NCBI GenBank assembly: GCA_046047315.1
Contig: JBJOID010000062.1
Location: 5,896 to 69,895 of the forward strand
DNA: 64,000 nucleotides
DNA from: Candidatus Hydrogenedentota bacterium
GTDB taxonomy: Bacteria; Hydrogenedentota; Hydrogenedentia; Hydrogenedentales; JAEUWI01
Reading direction: 5' to 3'
Shown here: positions 29,895 through 39,676 of the stretch, one piece after another
Layout: each line of letters starts with the position of its first letter
How positions within the stretch are numbered: the first letter of the stretch is position 1
Program-made: the position numbers and the translations under genes
Notes under the pieces: generated by a model
Told to the model about the DNA's origin: nothing
The model's input: only the letters and a program-made list of their open reading frames with translations
Database searches by the model: none

Positions 29895-31934
29895 ATGAAA
29901 AACATGCCTCAGATGCGCGAGATGTCGGTGCTGTCCTTCAATGAGCGCGTGTTGCAAGAGGCCGAAGATCTCCGCAATCCCCTGCTGGAACGCCTCAAGT
30001 TTCTGGGTATTTTCTCGTCCAACATGGACGAGTTTTTCAAAGTGCGCGTGGCCAGCATACACCGCCGCATCGAACTCAAGAAGCGGGGCATGAAGTCGCT
30101 GCTGGAGTCCATCAGCGACAAGTGCCGTGAACTCGACGAGCGCTTCCGCGTGGCCTATGCGGGCATCATGGCGGGTCTCGCCCAGCACGGCATCCGGATC
30201 ATCAACGAACAAGAGCTGCTCTCGTTGCCCGAGGAGACCATCCGCTGGGTGGATCAGTTCTTCCGTGAGAAGGTGTTGCCCAGCCTGGTGCCGCTGGTGG
30301 CCGACAAGAACCGCCCCTTCCCCCAGCTGATGGACGGCTCGCTTTACCTGGGCGTAAAGATGCTGGGCGAAAAGACCCGCTACGCCATCATCGAAGTTCC
30401 CCCCGACCAGCCCCGCTTTGTGCGCTTGCCCGACGGCAACATCATGTATCTCGACGACGTGATACGCCATGCGCTCAATGAAATCTTCTACATTTTCGAC
30501 TACGACAGCATCGGCGCCTATGCCTTCAAGATATCCCGCGACGCCGAGCTCGACATCGACAACGACTTCTCCGAGGGGTACGTGCGCAAGATGGAGAAGG
30601 TGTTGAAGCAGCGCCGCGGCGGCCGCCCCACCCGATTCGTCTACGACGCCGCCATGCCCGATGGCCTGCGCAAAATCCTCATGAAAGAGTTGCGCATCAA
30701 TAACGACGACTCGCTGCTGCCCGGCGGGCGTTATCACGCGATGAAGGACTTGATGAGCTTTCCCAGCGAGAACCGCGACCTGCTGTTTCCCAAGCAGGAT
30801 CCCGCGCCGCACCCCATTCTCGATCGCGAAAGCCGCCCCATGATGGCGCTCATTCGCGAGCGCGACCTGATGATCACCTATCCCTACCAGTCCTTCGACC
30901 ATGTCATCCGGCTGCTGCGCGAGGCCGCGATTGATCCCGAAGTGACCAGCATCAAGATATCGCTGTATCGCGTGGCCCGTAATTCGCAGGTGGTGAACGC
31001 GCTTTACAATGCCGCGCGCAACGGAAAGCAGGTGGTGGCCAACATCGAGCTGATGGCGCGCTTCGACGAGGAGAACAACATCCGCACCTCGAACCGCCTC
31101 ATTGAGGTCGGCGCCAAGGTGGTCTACGGCCTGCCCCCCATGAAGGTGCACTCGAAGATCCTGCTGATTGAGCGCAAGGGCGAGCGCATCGCCGGGCTTT
31201 CCACCGGCAACCTGAACGAGAAGACCGGCCGCCTCTACGTGGACACCATGCTGTTCACCGCCGACAAGCGCCTCACGGACGAGGTGAACCAGGTATTCGA
31301 CTATCTCCAGCAGGCCGCCGGGGTGCGGGTGGTCAGCCCGCCCCGCTTCAAGCACTTGCTGGTCTCGCCCTTCAACTCACGCAAGCGGTGGCTCCAATTG
31401 ATCGAGCGCGAGCGCAAGAAGGGCGACGAGGGCTACATCTTCATCAAGGTCAACCACCTCACTGATTCCCGCGTCATCGAGAAGCTGGTGCAGGCGGCGG
31501 ACGATGGCGTCCGCATGGACCTCATTGTCCGCACCACCTACGCCATGCACCCGCACCCCAACATCCGCGCCATCTCGATTCTCGATCGTTTCCTCGAGCA
31601 TCAGCGGGTGTACATCTTCGGCCGCGGGGCCGACCGCGAGATCTACATGAGCAGCGCCGACCTGATGGAGCGCAACCTCGACTGGCGCGTCGAGGTGGCC
31701 TTCCCCGTCCTTGACGCGCGCCTGCAGAACGAAGTGCAGCAGACCATGGCGTTGCAGGTGGCCGACACACACAAGGCCCGGGTGCTTGATGAGGAACAGT
31801 CCAACCACTACGTCGGCGGCGGCGATCTCGGCCTGCACGCCCAGCTCGAAACCCAACGCTATTACGACCAGCTCTGGGAGGTCTGCGGCGGCGGCTCCCG
31901 CCCCCCGATCCCCGTGCCGCTCAATCACGATTAG
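29895..31934 (+). CDS. ppk: polyphosphate kinase 1
   Basis: FNERVLQEA...FLGIFSSNMDEFFKVRV; two PLD-like HKD modules; 679 aa. Confidence 0.9.
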   Translation: MKNMPQMREMSVLSFNERVLQEAEDLRNPLLERLKFLGIFSSNMDEFFKVRVASIHRRIELKKRGMKSLLESISDKCRELDERFRVAYAGIMAGLAQHGIRIINEQELLSLPEETIRWVDQFFREKVLPSLVPLVADKNRPFPQLMDGSLYLGVKMLGEKTRYAIIEVPPDQPRFVRLPDGNIMYLDDVIRHALNEIFYIFDYDSIGAYAFKISRDAELDIDNDFSEGYVRKMEKVLKQRRGGRPTRFVYDAAMPDGLRKILMKELRINNDDSLLPGGRYHAMKDLMSFPSENRDLLFPKQDPAPHPILDRESRPMMALIRERDLMITYPYQSFDHVIRLLREAAIDPEVTSIKISLYRVARNSQVVNALYNAARNGKQVVANIELMARFDEENNIRTSNRLIEVGAKVVYGLPPMKVHSKILLIERKGERIAGLSTGNLNEKTGRLYVDTMLFTADKRLTDEVNQVFDYLQQAAGVRVVSPPRFKHLLVSPFNSRKRWLQLIERERKKGDEGYIFIKVNHLTDSRVIEKLVQAADDGVRMDLIVRTTYAMHPHPNIRAISILDRFLEHQRVYIFGRGADREIYMSSADLMERNLDWRVEVAFPVLDARLQNEVQQTMALQVADTHKARVLDEEQSNHYVGGGDLGLHAQLETQRYYDQLWEVCGGGSRPPIPVPLNHD

Positions 31935-31959
31935 CAGTCCGGCTCAGGGATTCTGCCCC

Positions 31960-33807
31960 TCAATCTCGCTTCGTAGTTGCGAGGAATTCGTTCAGCACGA
32001 GCAGCGACCAAAGCCGGTGGCCGTGGCTGGCTTGGCCCGATTGGTGTTCCTGAAAGAGGGCGCGCGCCAGTTCGATGTCGGCCAAGTGCTTCAGCGGCGC
32101 TTCTGATTCGAGGATGCGTTCCCGGTAGCGCTGGCCAAGTCCGCCGCGAAACCACGCGTCGATGGGAATGGCGAAGCCCCGCTTGCGCTGCCGTAAGACC
32201 GGGGGCGGCAGAACATTCCTGAAGGCTTCCTTCGCCACCCGCTTGCTCTCGCCGCCGGACAGCTTGAGCGCGAAGGGCAGGCTGGCCGCGAACTCGACGA
32301 TGCGGTGGTCCAGCAGCGGCACGCGCACTTCGAGCGCGTGCGCCATGCTCATGCGGTCCACCTTGGCGAGAACGTCGTCGGGCAGGTACAGGGCGGTGTC
32401 CACGGCAAGCATGCGGTCCCGCTCGTCCACGGTCCGCGCCGCATCCCAGGCCTCGCCAAAGGGATCCCAGTCCAGCGCCCGGCCCAAAAGCCGCTGCCGC
32501 GCAGGGGCGTCGAAGAGGGTGAGCCTCCGCCGGAAGGCTTCACGCAGCGGCAGCCCCGCATCTGCCAGGAAACGTCGCGCCTGCCCGGCGCGGGCTGAAC
32601 CGGGCGCGGCGCCGAGCAAGGTCCGCATGGCGTTGCGCAGGGGCGCGGGGATGCGCGCGGCCTCTCGGCTGAGCAGGGTATGGCGCAACCACGTGTAGCC
32701 CGCGAAGAGCTCGTCCCCGCCATCGCCCGACAAGGCCACGGTCACACGCTCGCGCGCAAGGCGCGACACCAGCCACGTGGGCAGGATGGAGGAATCCGCG
32801 AAGGGTTCGCCCATGCGTTGCACCAGCTTGGGCAGCATCTCGGCGAGGCCGGGTTGGGCGAGCGATTCATGGTGGTTGGTGTGGAAGGCCTGTGCCACGG
32901 CCCGCGCGTAGGGGCGTTCGTCGGCGGAGGCATCCTCGAATCCGATGCTGAACGTCTCGACGGGCGCTTCCGACTGCCGTGCCAGGGTGGCCACCACGCT
33001 GCTCGAATCGAGCCCGCCGCTGAGGAAGGCCCCAAGGGGAACATCGGCGATTCGCTGCATGCGCACCGCGTCGTCGAGCAATTCGCGGTAGCGGCCCGCC
33101 GCGTCGCCCAGCGTCCAGGCGGGGTCCGGCTTGTACTCCAGCCGCCAATAGGCGTCTTCCTTCAGGCCACCCGCGTGAAAACGAAGCCAGTGGCCGGGTC
33201 TCAGCTTCCGCACGCATTGATAAATCGTGCGCGGCGCGGGGATGTATTGCAGGGCGAAGTAGGCGTCGAGGGCCTCGCGGTCGATGCTGCCGCCATCCCG
33301 CAGGGCAAGGCGCAAGGCCCCAAGTTCAGAAGCAAAGGCAAGGCCTCGGGACTCGACGGCATAGTGAAGCGGCTTGATGCCAAGCCGGTCGCGCGCCAGC
33401 AGCAGGCTGTTATCCTGCGCGTCGTGCCATGCCAGCGCGAACATGCCATTAAAACGGCGGAATGCATCCGTGCCCCACTCGGCCAGGGCGGCCGCCACCA
33501 CTTCGGTGTCTCCCGTCGTCCGGAACGACGCGCCGCGCTGTTCAAGCTCCCGCCGAAGTTCACGAAAGTTGTAGAGCTCGCCGTTGTAGACGAGGTGATA
33601 ACGGGCATCCGCCCAGCTAAAGGGCTGGTTCGCGGCGTCGCTGCAATCAATTACCGATAGCCGCGTGTGGGTGAGGCCGCCGCCCGGAAAGGTAACCATG
33701 CCGCTCGCGTCCGGCCCGCGATGCGCCAGGGCGCGGTGCATGGATTCGAGCACGGAGCTTGTGTCCGTAGGAGTGGGGAAGTCGAGGAGTCCCGCGATGC
33801 CGCACAT
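31960..33807 (-). CDS. asnB: asparagine synthase (glutamine-hydrolysing) family amidotransferase
   Basis: MCGIAGLLDF Ntn Cys2; SGGLDSS PP-loop; 615 aa. Adjacent to glycosyltransferases, so it may be a polysaccharide-locus amidotransferase. Confidence 0.8.
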   Translation of the reverse strand: MCGIAGLLDFPTPTDTSSVLESMHRALAHRGPDASGMVTFPGGGLTHTRLSVIDCSDAANQPFSWADARYHLVYNGELYNFRELRRELEQRGASFRTTGDTEVVAAALAEWGTDAFRRFNGMFALAWHDAQDNSLLLARDRLGIKPLHYAVESRGLAFASELGALRLALRDGGSIDREALDAYFALQYIPAPRTIYQCVRKLRPGHWLRFHAGGLKEDAYWRLEYKPDPAWTLGDAAGRYRELLDDAVRMQRIADVPLGAFLSGGLDSSSVVATLARQSEAPVETFSIGFEDASADERPYARAVAQAFHTNHHESLAQPGLAEMLPKLVQRMGEPFADSSILPTWLVSRLARERVTVALSGDGGDELFAGYTWLRHTLLSREAARIPAPLRNAMRTLLGAAPGSARAGQARRFLADAGLPLREAFRRRLTLFDAPARQRLLGRALDWDPFGEAWDAARTVDERDRMLAVDTALYLPDDVLAKVDRMSMAHALEVRVPLLDHRIVEFAASLPFALKLSGGESKRVAKEAFRNVLPPPVLRQRKRGFAIPIDAWFRGGLGQRYRERILESEAPLKHLADIELARALFQEHQSGQASHGHRLWSLLVLNEFLATTKRD

Positions 33808-33858
33808 GGTTAGCGGCGTCCCGAGTGGGATGGACCGAATGGACTTGATGGACTGATG

Positions 33859-34980
33859 CTACGCACTGGGTCGACTCGCGGTGAGCAGTTCAAGGTAGAG
33901 CGCCTTGTACTCGGCCACCATGCGTTCGACGGTGAACAGCCTTTGTGCGCGCTCGCGGCCGGCGCTTCCCATGCGGGTGCGCAGGTCGGAGTCCTGCAGC
34001 AGACACAGGATCTTGTCCGCGAAAAGGGCGGGGTTGCGGAAGGATTCGAGCAATCCGGTGACACCGTCCTCCACGATCTCGGGTATGCCTCCCACAGCGG
34101 CCGCCACGACCGGGCGTCCCGCGGCCATCGCCTCTATCAGCACGTTCGGCGCGCCCTCCATCTTCGAGGTCAAAACGCAGACATCCATGGCCGCGTAGGC
34201 AAGCGGCATCTCGTCCAGGGTGTGTCGAATGTGCACGCGCTCGGGTCCCCGCAAGGCCATGCCCCGCTCAATGTACTCGCGGGTCGGGCCATTACCCAAG
34301 AGGAAATAGTGGGCCTCGGGAACCATCTTGGAGACCAGGCCGCTGGCGACCACGAAAAGTCCATGGTCTTTTATCTCGGTAAAGTTTGCCGCCATACCGA
34401 CGACGGGCAGGTCAGGGGGGATTCCGAATCGCTGACGGGCAGCGGCCGCATCCGGCGTCGCGAATGCGCCGGTGTCGAGGCCGTTGTATATCACACGATA
34501 ACGCGACTCAGACTCGTCCTCGTGCTCGGCAGCATAGCGTGCCACAGCGTGGCTGTTCGCCACGATGGCGTCGGCCAGGGCGTTCGCCTTGCGCACCAGC
34601 CACAGATGGCGGGCTTCCTGCCATTCCGCCAGTTCCCGACGCGTGGTGATAACCACTGGCACCCCGGCTTTGCGGGCGGCACGTGCGGCCCAGTAATCGA
34701 AGCCGAAGAGATAGGACTGGACGATGTCCGGGCGGCAGGACTTGAACAACCGGGTCAGTTTGCCGGTGAGGCGGAAGTCCCACCCGGTCGACGATTCGAG
34801 CACATGGACCTCTTGCGCCAAGGCGCGCGCCTGCGGGAAAAGGCTGCCCTCCTCCCGGGTGCATATCAGCGTGATGTCGTACTCGTCCCGCAATCCCGCC
34901 ATGAGCAGGAGCAATTGCCGCTCCGTGCCGCCCGGCTGCATCGACGGGATGACAAATGCGATACGGGATCGCGCGTTCAC
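33859..34980 (-). CDS. glycosyltransferase family 4
   Basis: RIAFVIPSMQPGGTERQ N-terminus and C-terminal EGAPNVLIEAMAAGRPVVAAAVGGIPEIV. Start set at the GTG at 34980, which forms a GTGA overlap with the upstream gene's stop. The alternative ATG at 35019 would overlap by 43 nt. Confidence 0.7.
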   Translation of the reverse strand: MNARSRIAFVIPSMQPGGTERQLLLLMAGLRDEYDITLICTREEGSLFPQARALAQEVHVLESSTGWDFRLTGKLTRLFKSCRPDIVQSYLFGFDYWAARAARKAGVPVVITTRRELAEWQEARHLWLVRKANALADAIVANSHAVARYAAEHEDESESRYRVIYNGLDTGAFATPDAAAARQRFGIPPDLPVVGMAANFTEIKDHGLFVVASGLVSKMVPEAHYFLLGNGPTREYIERGMALRGPERVHIRHTLDEMPLAYAAMDVCVLTSKMEGAPNVLIEAMAAGRPVVAAAVGGIPEIVEDGVTGLLESFRNPALFADKILCLLQDSDLRTRMGSAGRERAQRLFTVERMVAEYKALYLELLTASRPSA

Positions 34981-36014
34981 GAGAGCGTCTCCAGCGCTTC
35001 GAGCAGGCGGGGTGTCCACACGGCGAGCGAGAAGTCGCGCACAACCTTTTTCCGTGCGGCCTCACCCATGCGGGCGCGCTCGGCCGGGTCACGCAGCCGC
35101 TCGATGGCGGCCATCCACTCGTCCGGGCTATCCGCCAGCAAGCCTGTCTCGCCGTCCTCGATGAGTTCGAGCGCCACGCCAAAGCGGCTGGCGATAACGG
35201 GCTTTCCACAGGCCATGTACTGCAAGGCCTTCAGGCCGCACTTGCCCCGCCCCCATTCGTTCCCGGGCTGCGGCATCAAACCCACCGACATCCGCTGAAG
35301 CTGCGCCACCTCCGAATCGAGCGCCCAGTCCACCCGCTCAGCTGGAAACGCCAGCGGAACCGCACCCGCGCCGACCAGCAGCGCCGGGGTCTCGACACGC
35401 TGCAACACGGGCGCCAAGGGGTAAAGGTAGGGCGCGGTCGAGGGCGAACCCATCCAACCCAGCCGGTAGCGCGTGTCCGGCGGCGGGGCTGGCGTGAAGC
35501 GCTCCGTGTCCACGACGGTGGGAAAGTAACGCGGCCGGCCCCCCAGCCGCCCGGTTTCCGCTTCCAGCCAGTGGTTTCCCGCGAGCGTCAGGCGCGCGTG
35601 CCGCATCAGCGTCGCAGCCTGTGGTTCACCTTCGGGCGCGAAGGGCTTGATGAAGCGGCTGAGGGTATCGGGCGGTTGCCGGTGAACCGCGTCGTCCAGG
35701 TCGAAAACGACGCGTTGCCAGTCGGCCTCAAGGAGCCCGAGCATGCCGGGGAATGGCGCCGCAGTTAAGGATTTCTGCACGAAGACGCGGTCAAACTGCT
35801 CCAAGTCGCGCATTTGCCGGCCGCGCCGACAAGCCTCGATTACCTGCGCCACCATGGCGGGGCGCCACGGACCCCGGCCCTTGTCCGGCATCGCGCAGCG
35901 CAGCGTGCAGTCCACCCCGGCCGCCCGCAGGCCCGGCAGGAACTGGTGCACGCGGTAGCGGCTGCTCGCCGATGACGCTGGATACAGCGCAAGGAAGAGG
36001 ACCTTCATGCGCAC
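34977..36014 (-). CDS. glycosyltransferase (GT4/GT1-like)
   Basis: MRMKVLFLALYPASSASSRYRV...GKCGLKALQYMACGKPVIASRFGVALELIEDGETG. Confidence 0.65.
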   Translation of the reverse strand: MRMKVLFLALYPASSASSRYRVHQFLPGLRAAGVDCTLRCAMPDKGRGPWRPAMVAQVIEACRRGRQMRDLEQFDRVFVQKSLTAAPFPGMLGLLEADWQRVVFDLDDAVHRQPPDTLSRFIKPFAPEGEPQAATLMRHARLTLAGNHWLEAETGRLGGRPRYFPTVVDTERFTPAPPPDTRYRLGWMGSPSTAPYLYPLAPVLQRVETPALLVGAGAVPLAFPAERVDWALDSEVAQLQRMSVGLMPQPGNEWGRGKCGLKALQYMACGKPVIASRFGVALELIEDGETGLLADSPDEWMAAIERLRDPAERARMGEAARKKVVRDFSLAVWTPRLLEALETLS

Positions 36015-36202
36015 GCCAAACGGGTGAAATAGAATCGACCCTCCCGAGAGTTAATACCTTGGGCAATAACAGGCGACGAGCCGAAAAATGGCCCGCCACG
36101 GGGGGCTCCGCTTGGAACGGGTTCAACGGATGTGTACACTGTGGCCGTCTTCACCTTTCGCCCCGTCCGGGGTGACCAAAATTATATGGAGTTCCCCTGT
36201 CC

Positions 36203-37840
36203 ATGACCGCCGCTGATCTGTTCGTCAAGTGCCTCGAGGCCGAGGGAGTCGAGTATATCTTCGGGCTGCCGGGCGAAGAAAACGCCCACTTCCTCATGGC
36301 GCTGGAGAAGTCCACCATCAAGTTCATCCTCACCCGCCACGAGCAGTCGGCGGCCTTTATGGCGGAAACCTATGGCAAGCTCACCGGCCGTTCCGGCGTC
36401 TGCCTGAGCACGCTCGGGCCCGGCGCTACCAACCTGGTGACGGGCGTGGCCAGCGCCAACATGGACCGCGCCCCCGTGGTGGTCATCACCGGGCAGGCCG
36501 GCATACGCCGCCAGCATAAGGAAAGCCACCAGCACATGGACATCGTGTCCATGTTCAAGCCCATGACCAAATGGGCCACGCCGGTCATCCATCCCGACAA
36601 CATTCCCGAGGTGGTGCGCCGCGCCTTCAAGACCGCCGAGCGTGAAAAGCCGGGCGCCTGCCACATCGAGCTGGGTGATGACATCGCGGCGATGACCGCC
36701 ACCAAGAGTCCATTGAACATCAACTACCTGCGGCGCTCCGTGGCCGACGACAAGATCGTCGACATCGCGATGGAGGTGATTCGCTCGGCGAAGTACCCCA
36801 TCATCCTCGCCGGCAACGGCGCCATCCGTACGCGCGCCAGCAAGATGCTCCGTGAATTCTCCAGCCGCACCGGCATCGGCGTAATCAGCACCTTCATGGG
36901 CAAGGGCTGCGTGAGCCGCCACGCTCCCGAGTGCCTCTACACCATCGGCCTCAAGACCAAGAACCTGGCGAACGCCTCCATCGAGAAGGCCGACACCGTC
37001 ATCACCATCGGCTATGACCTCGTCGAGTATCACCCCGGCACCTGGAACAAGTGGGGCGACAAGAAGATCGTCCACATCGACTTCCTGCCCGCCGTGGTGG
37101 ACAGCGACTACCAGCTCGCCGCCGAGGTGGTGGGCGACGTGGCCCACACGCTCTGGATGATGAACGAGCGCGTGAAGGCCGAATCGTTGAAGTTCGATAT
37201 TCCCCACCAGCACCGCACCCGCGAGCTGCTCAAGTACAAGTTCGAGCAGTACAAGAACGACGACACCGAGGGCGCGATTCGCCCGCAAAAGGTGCTGTGG
37301 GACGTGCGCGAGGCCATGGGCCCCGAGGACATCGTGCTCAGCGACGTGGGTTCCCACAAGATGTGGGTCGCCCAGTATTACCACTGCGACGAACCCAATA
37401 CCTGCCTCATCCCCAACGGCTTCTGCTCGATGGGCTGCGCGCTTCCGGGCGCCATTGCCGCCAAGCTCGTGCATCCGGAGCGCCGCGTGCTCGCCATCAA
37501 TGGCGATGGCGGCGTGATGATGAACTTCCAGGAAATTGAAACCGCCGCCCGGCTTGGGCTGAATATCGTCATCATGGTCTGGGCCGATTGCGGCTACAAC
37601 CTGATCGAGTGGAAGCAGCAGCTGGAGTTCGGACACAACACCAATTGCTCCTTCAACAACCCCGACTGGGTGAAGCTGGCCGAGAGCTTCGGCTGCGCCG
37701 GATACTGGGTGACGCGGTCGAAGGACCTCGCCCCCACGCTGGAAGAAGCCTTCAACCAGAACCGTCCCGCCGTGGTAGCGCTGCCCATCGACTACCGCGA
37801 AAATGAGCGCCTGCAGGAGCAGTTGCAGATCGTGGTGTGA
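36203..37840 (+). CDS. thiamine-pyrophosphate enzyme, acetolactate-synthase-like
   Basis: MTAADLFVKCLEAEGVEYIFGLPGEENAHF...; TPP motif GDGGVMMNFQE. Confidence 0.75.
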   Translation: MTAADLFVKCLEAEGVEYIFGLPGEENAHFLMALEKSTIKFILTRHEQSAAFMAETYGKLTGRSGVCLSTLGPGATNLVTGVASANMDRAPVVVITGQAGIRRQHKESHQHMDIVSMFKPMTKWATPVIHPDNIPEVVRRAFKTAEREKPGACHIELGDDIAAMTATKSPLNINYLRRSVADDKIVDIAMEVIRSAKYPIILAGNGAIRTRASKMLREFSSRTGIGVISTFMGKGCVSRHAPECLYTIGLKTKNLANASIEKADTVITIGYDLVEYHPGTWNKWGDKKIVHIDFLPAVVDSDYQLAAEVVGDVAHTLWMMNERVKAESLKFDIPHQHRTRELLKYKFEQYKNDDTEGAIRPQKVLWDVREAMGPEDIVLSDVGSHKMWVAQYYHCDEPNTCLIPNGFCSMGCALPGAIAAKLVHPERRVLAINGDGGVMMNFQEIETAARLGLNIVIMVWADCGYNLIEWKQQLEFGHNTNCSFNNPDWVKLAESFGCAGYWVTRSKDLAPTLEEAFNQNRPAVVALPIDYRENERLQEQLQIVV

Positions 37841-37948
37841 CGCCGGAATCAGGACGAACGACGGAGGCAAGCCTCCCGCGCGAAAGCTGAGGCAAGCCCG
37901 CAGGATGCGGCCGAGCCTCGGCGCTCCAAAGGCCAATGGAGAAAGCCG

Positions 37949-39391
37949 ATGCTGAAGAAAGCCTATCCTTACTACCTCGCGAACAAGCCGGTTTTTGCCA
38001 ACGAGGACCTGGCGGTCATCGACAAGTTCACCGGCGAGGTGGCGACCCGCGTGGCCATGGCCGACGCCGGGGCCATCGACCAGGCCATTGGCGCCGCCGA
38101 GGACGCCGCCGTCGCCATGCGCAAGCTGCCCTCGTACAAGCGCCAGGCCGTGCTCGAGCACTGCGTGAAGCGTTTCCAGGAACGCTTCGACGAGCTGTCC
38201 GACGCCCTGTGCGTCGAGGGCGGCAAGCCCATCAAGGACAGCCGCGGCGAAACCACCCGCCTGATCGACACCTTCAAGATCGCCGCGGAAGAGGCGGTGC
38301 GCATCAACGGCGAAGTGATGTCGCTCGACCGAAGCGCCCGCGCCCATGGGTACAGCGGCATGTGGAAGCGCGTGCCGATCGGCCCCTGCTCGTTCATCTC
38401 GCCCTTCAATTTCCCGCTCAACCTCGCGGCGCACAAGGTGGCGCCCGCCATCGCGGCGGGCTGTCCGTTTGTGTTGAAGCCCGCCAGCCTCACGCCCATC
38501 GGCGCCTTGATCATCGGTGAGATCCTTGCCGAGACCGACCTCCCCGAAGGGGCTTTCTCGATACTGCCCTGCCGTCGCGATGGCGCCGGCCTCTTCACCA
38601 CCGACCCGCGCCTCAAGCTCATCAGCTTCACCGGCTCGCCGGAGGTGGGCTGGGACCTCAAGCGCGACAGCGGCAAGAAACCCATCGTGCTCGAGCTCGG
38701 TGGGAACGCCGCCTGCATTGTCGATGAAGACGCCGACCTCGACGACGCCGTGCCCCGCATCATTATCGGCGGGTACTACCAGTCCGGCCAGACCTGCATC
38801 AGCGTGCAGCGCATCCTCGTGCACGAAAAGATTTACGACGACTTCAAGGGCCGCTTCGTTGCGGCGGTGAAAGCGCTGAAGACCGGCAACCCGAAGGACG
38901 AAGACACCTTCATCGGGCCGATCATTTCCAAGGCCGAAGCCGACCGCATGGAGAAGTGGATGAACTCCGCCGAGGCCGCCGGCGCCACGCGCCTCTGTGG
39001 CGGCGAGCGCAACGGCAACCTCATCACCGGCGCCGTCTTCGAAAATGTCCCCAAGAGCGAGCCGCTCTATGCCGAGGAGTTCTTCGGCCCGGCCACAGTG
39101 CTGGTGAAATTCAGCGACTTCGACACCGCGCTCGAGGAAGTGAACGACAGCCGCTTTGGGCTTCAGGCGGGGCTGTTCACGCGCGACATCTACAAGGTGC
39201 ACCGCGCGTGGGACACCCTCGACGTCGGCGGCGTCATTGTCGGAGACGTGCCCTCGTGGCGCGTGGACCACATGCCCTATGGCGGCGTGAAGGACAGCGG
39301 CATCGGCCGCGAAGGCATCCGCTTCGCCATCGAAGACATGACCGAAATCCGCCTGCTCGTCCTGCGCACCCCGCCCTCGGAAGAGCGGTAG
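37949..39391 (+). CDS. aldehyde dehydrogenase family protein
   Basis: FNFPLNLAAHKVAPAIAAGCPFVLKP, catalytic Cys in QSGQTCISVQR, ELGGNA. Confidence 0.8.
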   Translation: MLKKAYPYYLANKPVFANEDLAVIDKFTGEVATRVAMADAGAIDQAIGAAEDAAVAMRKLPSYKRQAVLEHCVKRFQERFDELSDALCVEGGKPIKDSRGETTRLIDTFKIAAEEAVRINGEVMSLDRSARAHGYSGMWKRVPIGPCSFISPFNFPLNLAAHKVAPAIAAGCPFVLKPASLTPIGALIIGEILAETDLPEGAFSILPCRRDGAGLFTTDPRLKLISFTGSPEVGWDLKRDSGKKPIVLELGGNAACIVDEDADLDDAVPRIIIGGYYQSGQTCISVQRILVHEKIYDDFKGRFVAAVKALKTGNPKDEDTFIGPIISKAEADRMEKWMNSAEAAGATRLCGGERNGNLITGAVFENVPKSEPLYAEEFFGPATVLVKFSDFDTALEEVNDSRFGLQAGLFTRDIYKVHRAWDTLDVGGVIVGDVPSWRVDHMPYGGVKDSGIGREGIRFAIEDMTEIRLLVLRTPPSEER

Positions 39392-39394
39392 GCT

Positions 39395-39676
39395 TTATTC
39401 TTTCTTGTCCTCTGCCTTGGACTCAACGAACTTCCGGGCCCGTTTGGGGTCCGGCATGACGTCGATACCGAGGTAGCCCAGGGAACTGAAGAAGATCCAC
39501 GCGGCCACGGTTTCGTCGATGTTGCCGACAATGGGCAGCATGTCGGGTATCTCAATGAGGCCCGCGCCGAGATTGAGCAGCCATATCCCAGAAAGCAAGG
39601 CGAACACGGCGGCGATGCCTTTGCCGAAGCAACCCTGGGCGTCTTCCTCTACGATAACGGTGCGCTGTCCGGCCAT
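39395..39676 (-). CDS. DUF1232 (YkvA-like) small membrane protein
   Basis: LIEIPDMLPIVGNIDETVAAWIFFSS motif; 93 aa. Confidence 0.5.
   Translation of the reverse strand: MAGQRTVIVEEDAQGCFGKGIAAVFALLSGIWLLNLGAGLIEIPDMLPIVGNIDETVAAWIFFSSLGYLGIDVMPDPKRARKFVESKAEDKKE

Noticed and set aside
29400-31355. 651-aa minus-strand ORF
   Set aside because: Antisense shadow of ppk1, which has unambiguous PPK1 motifs on the plus strand.
36182-39271. 1029-aa ORF on the minus strand
   Set aside because: Antisense shadow of two well-supported plus-strand genes (TPP enzyme and aldehyde dehydrogenase). The composition is A/G/R/V/D/H-rich and low-complexity, with no recognisable motifs, as is typical for the complementary strand of high-GC coding DNA.
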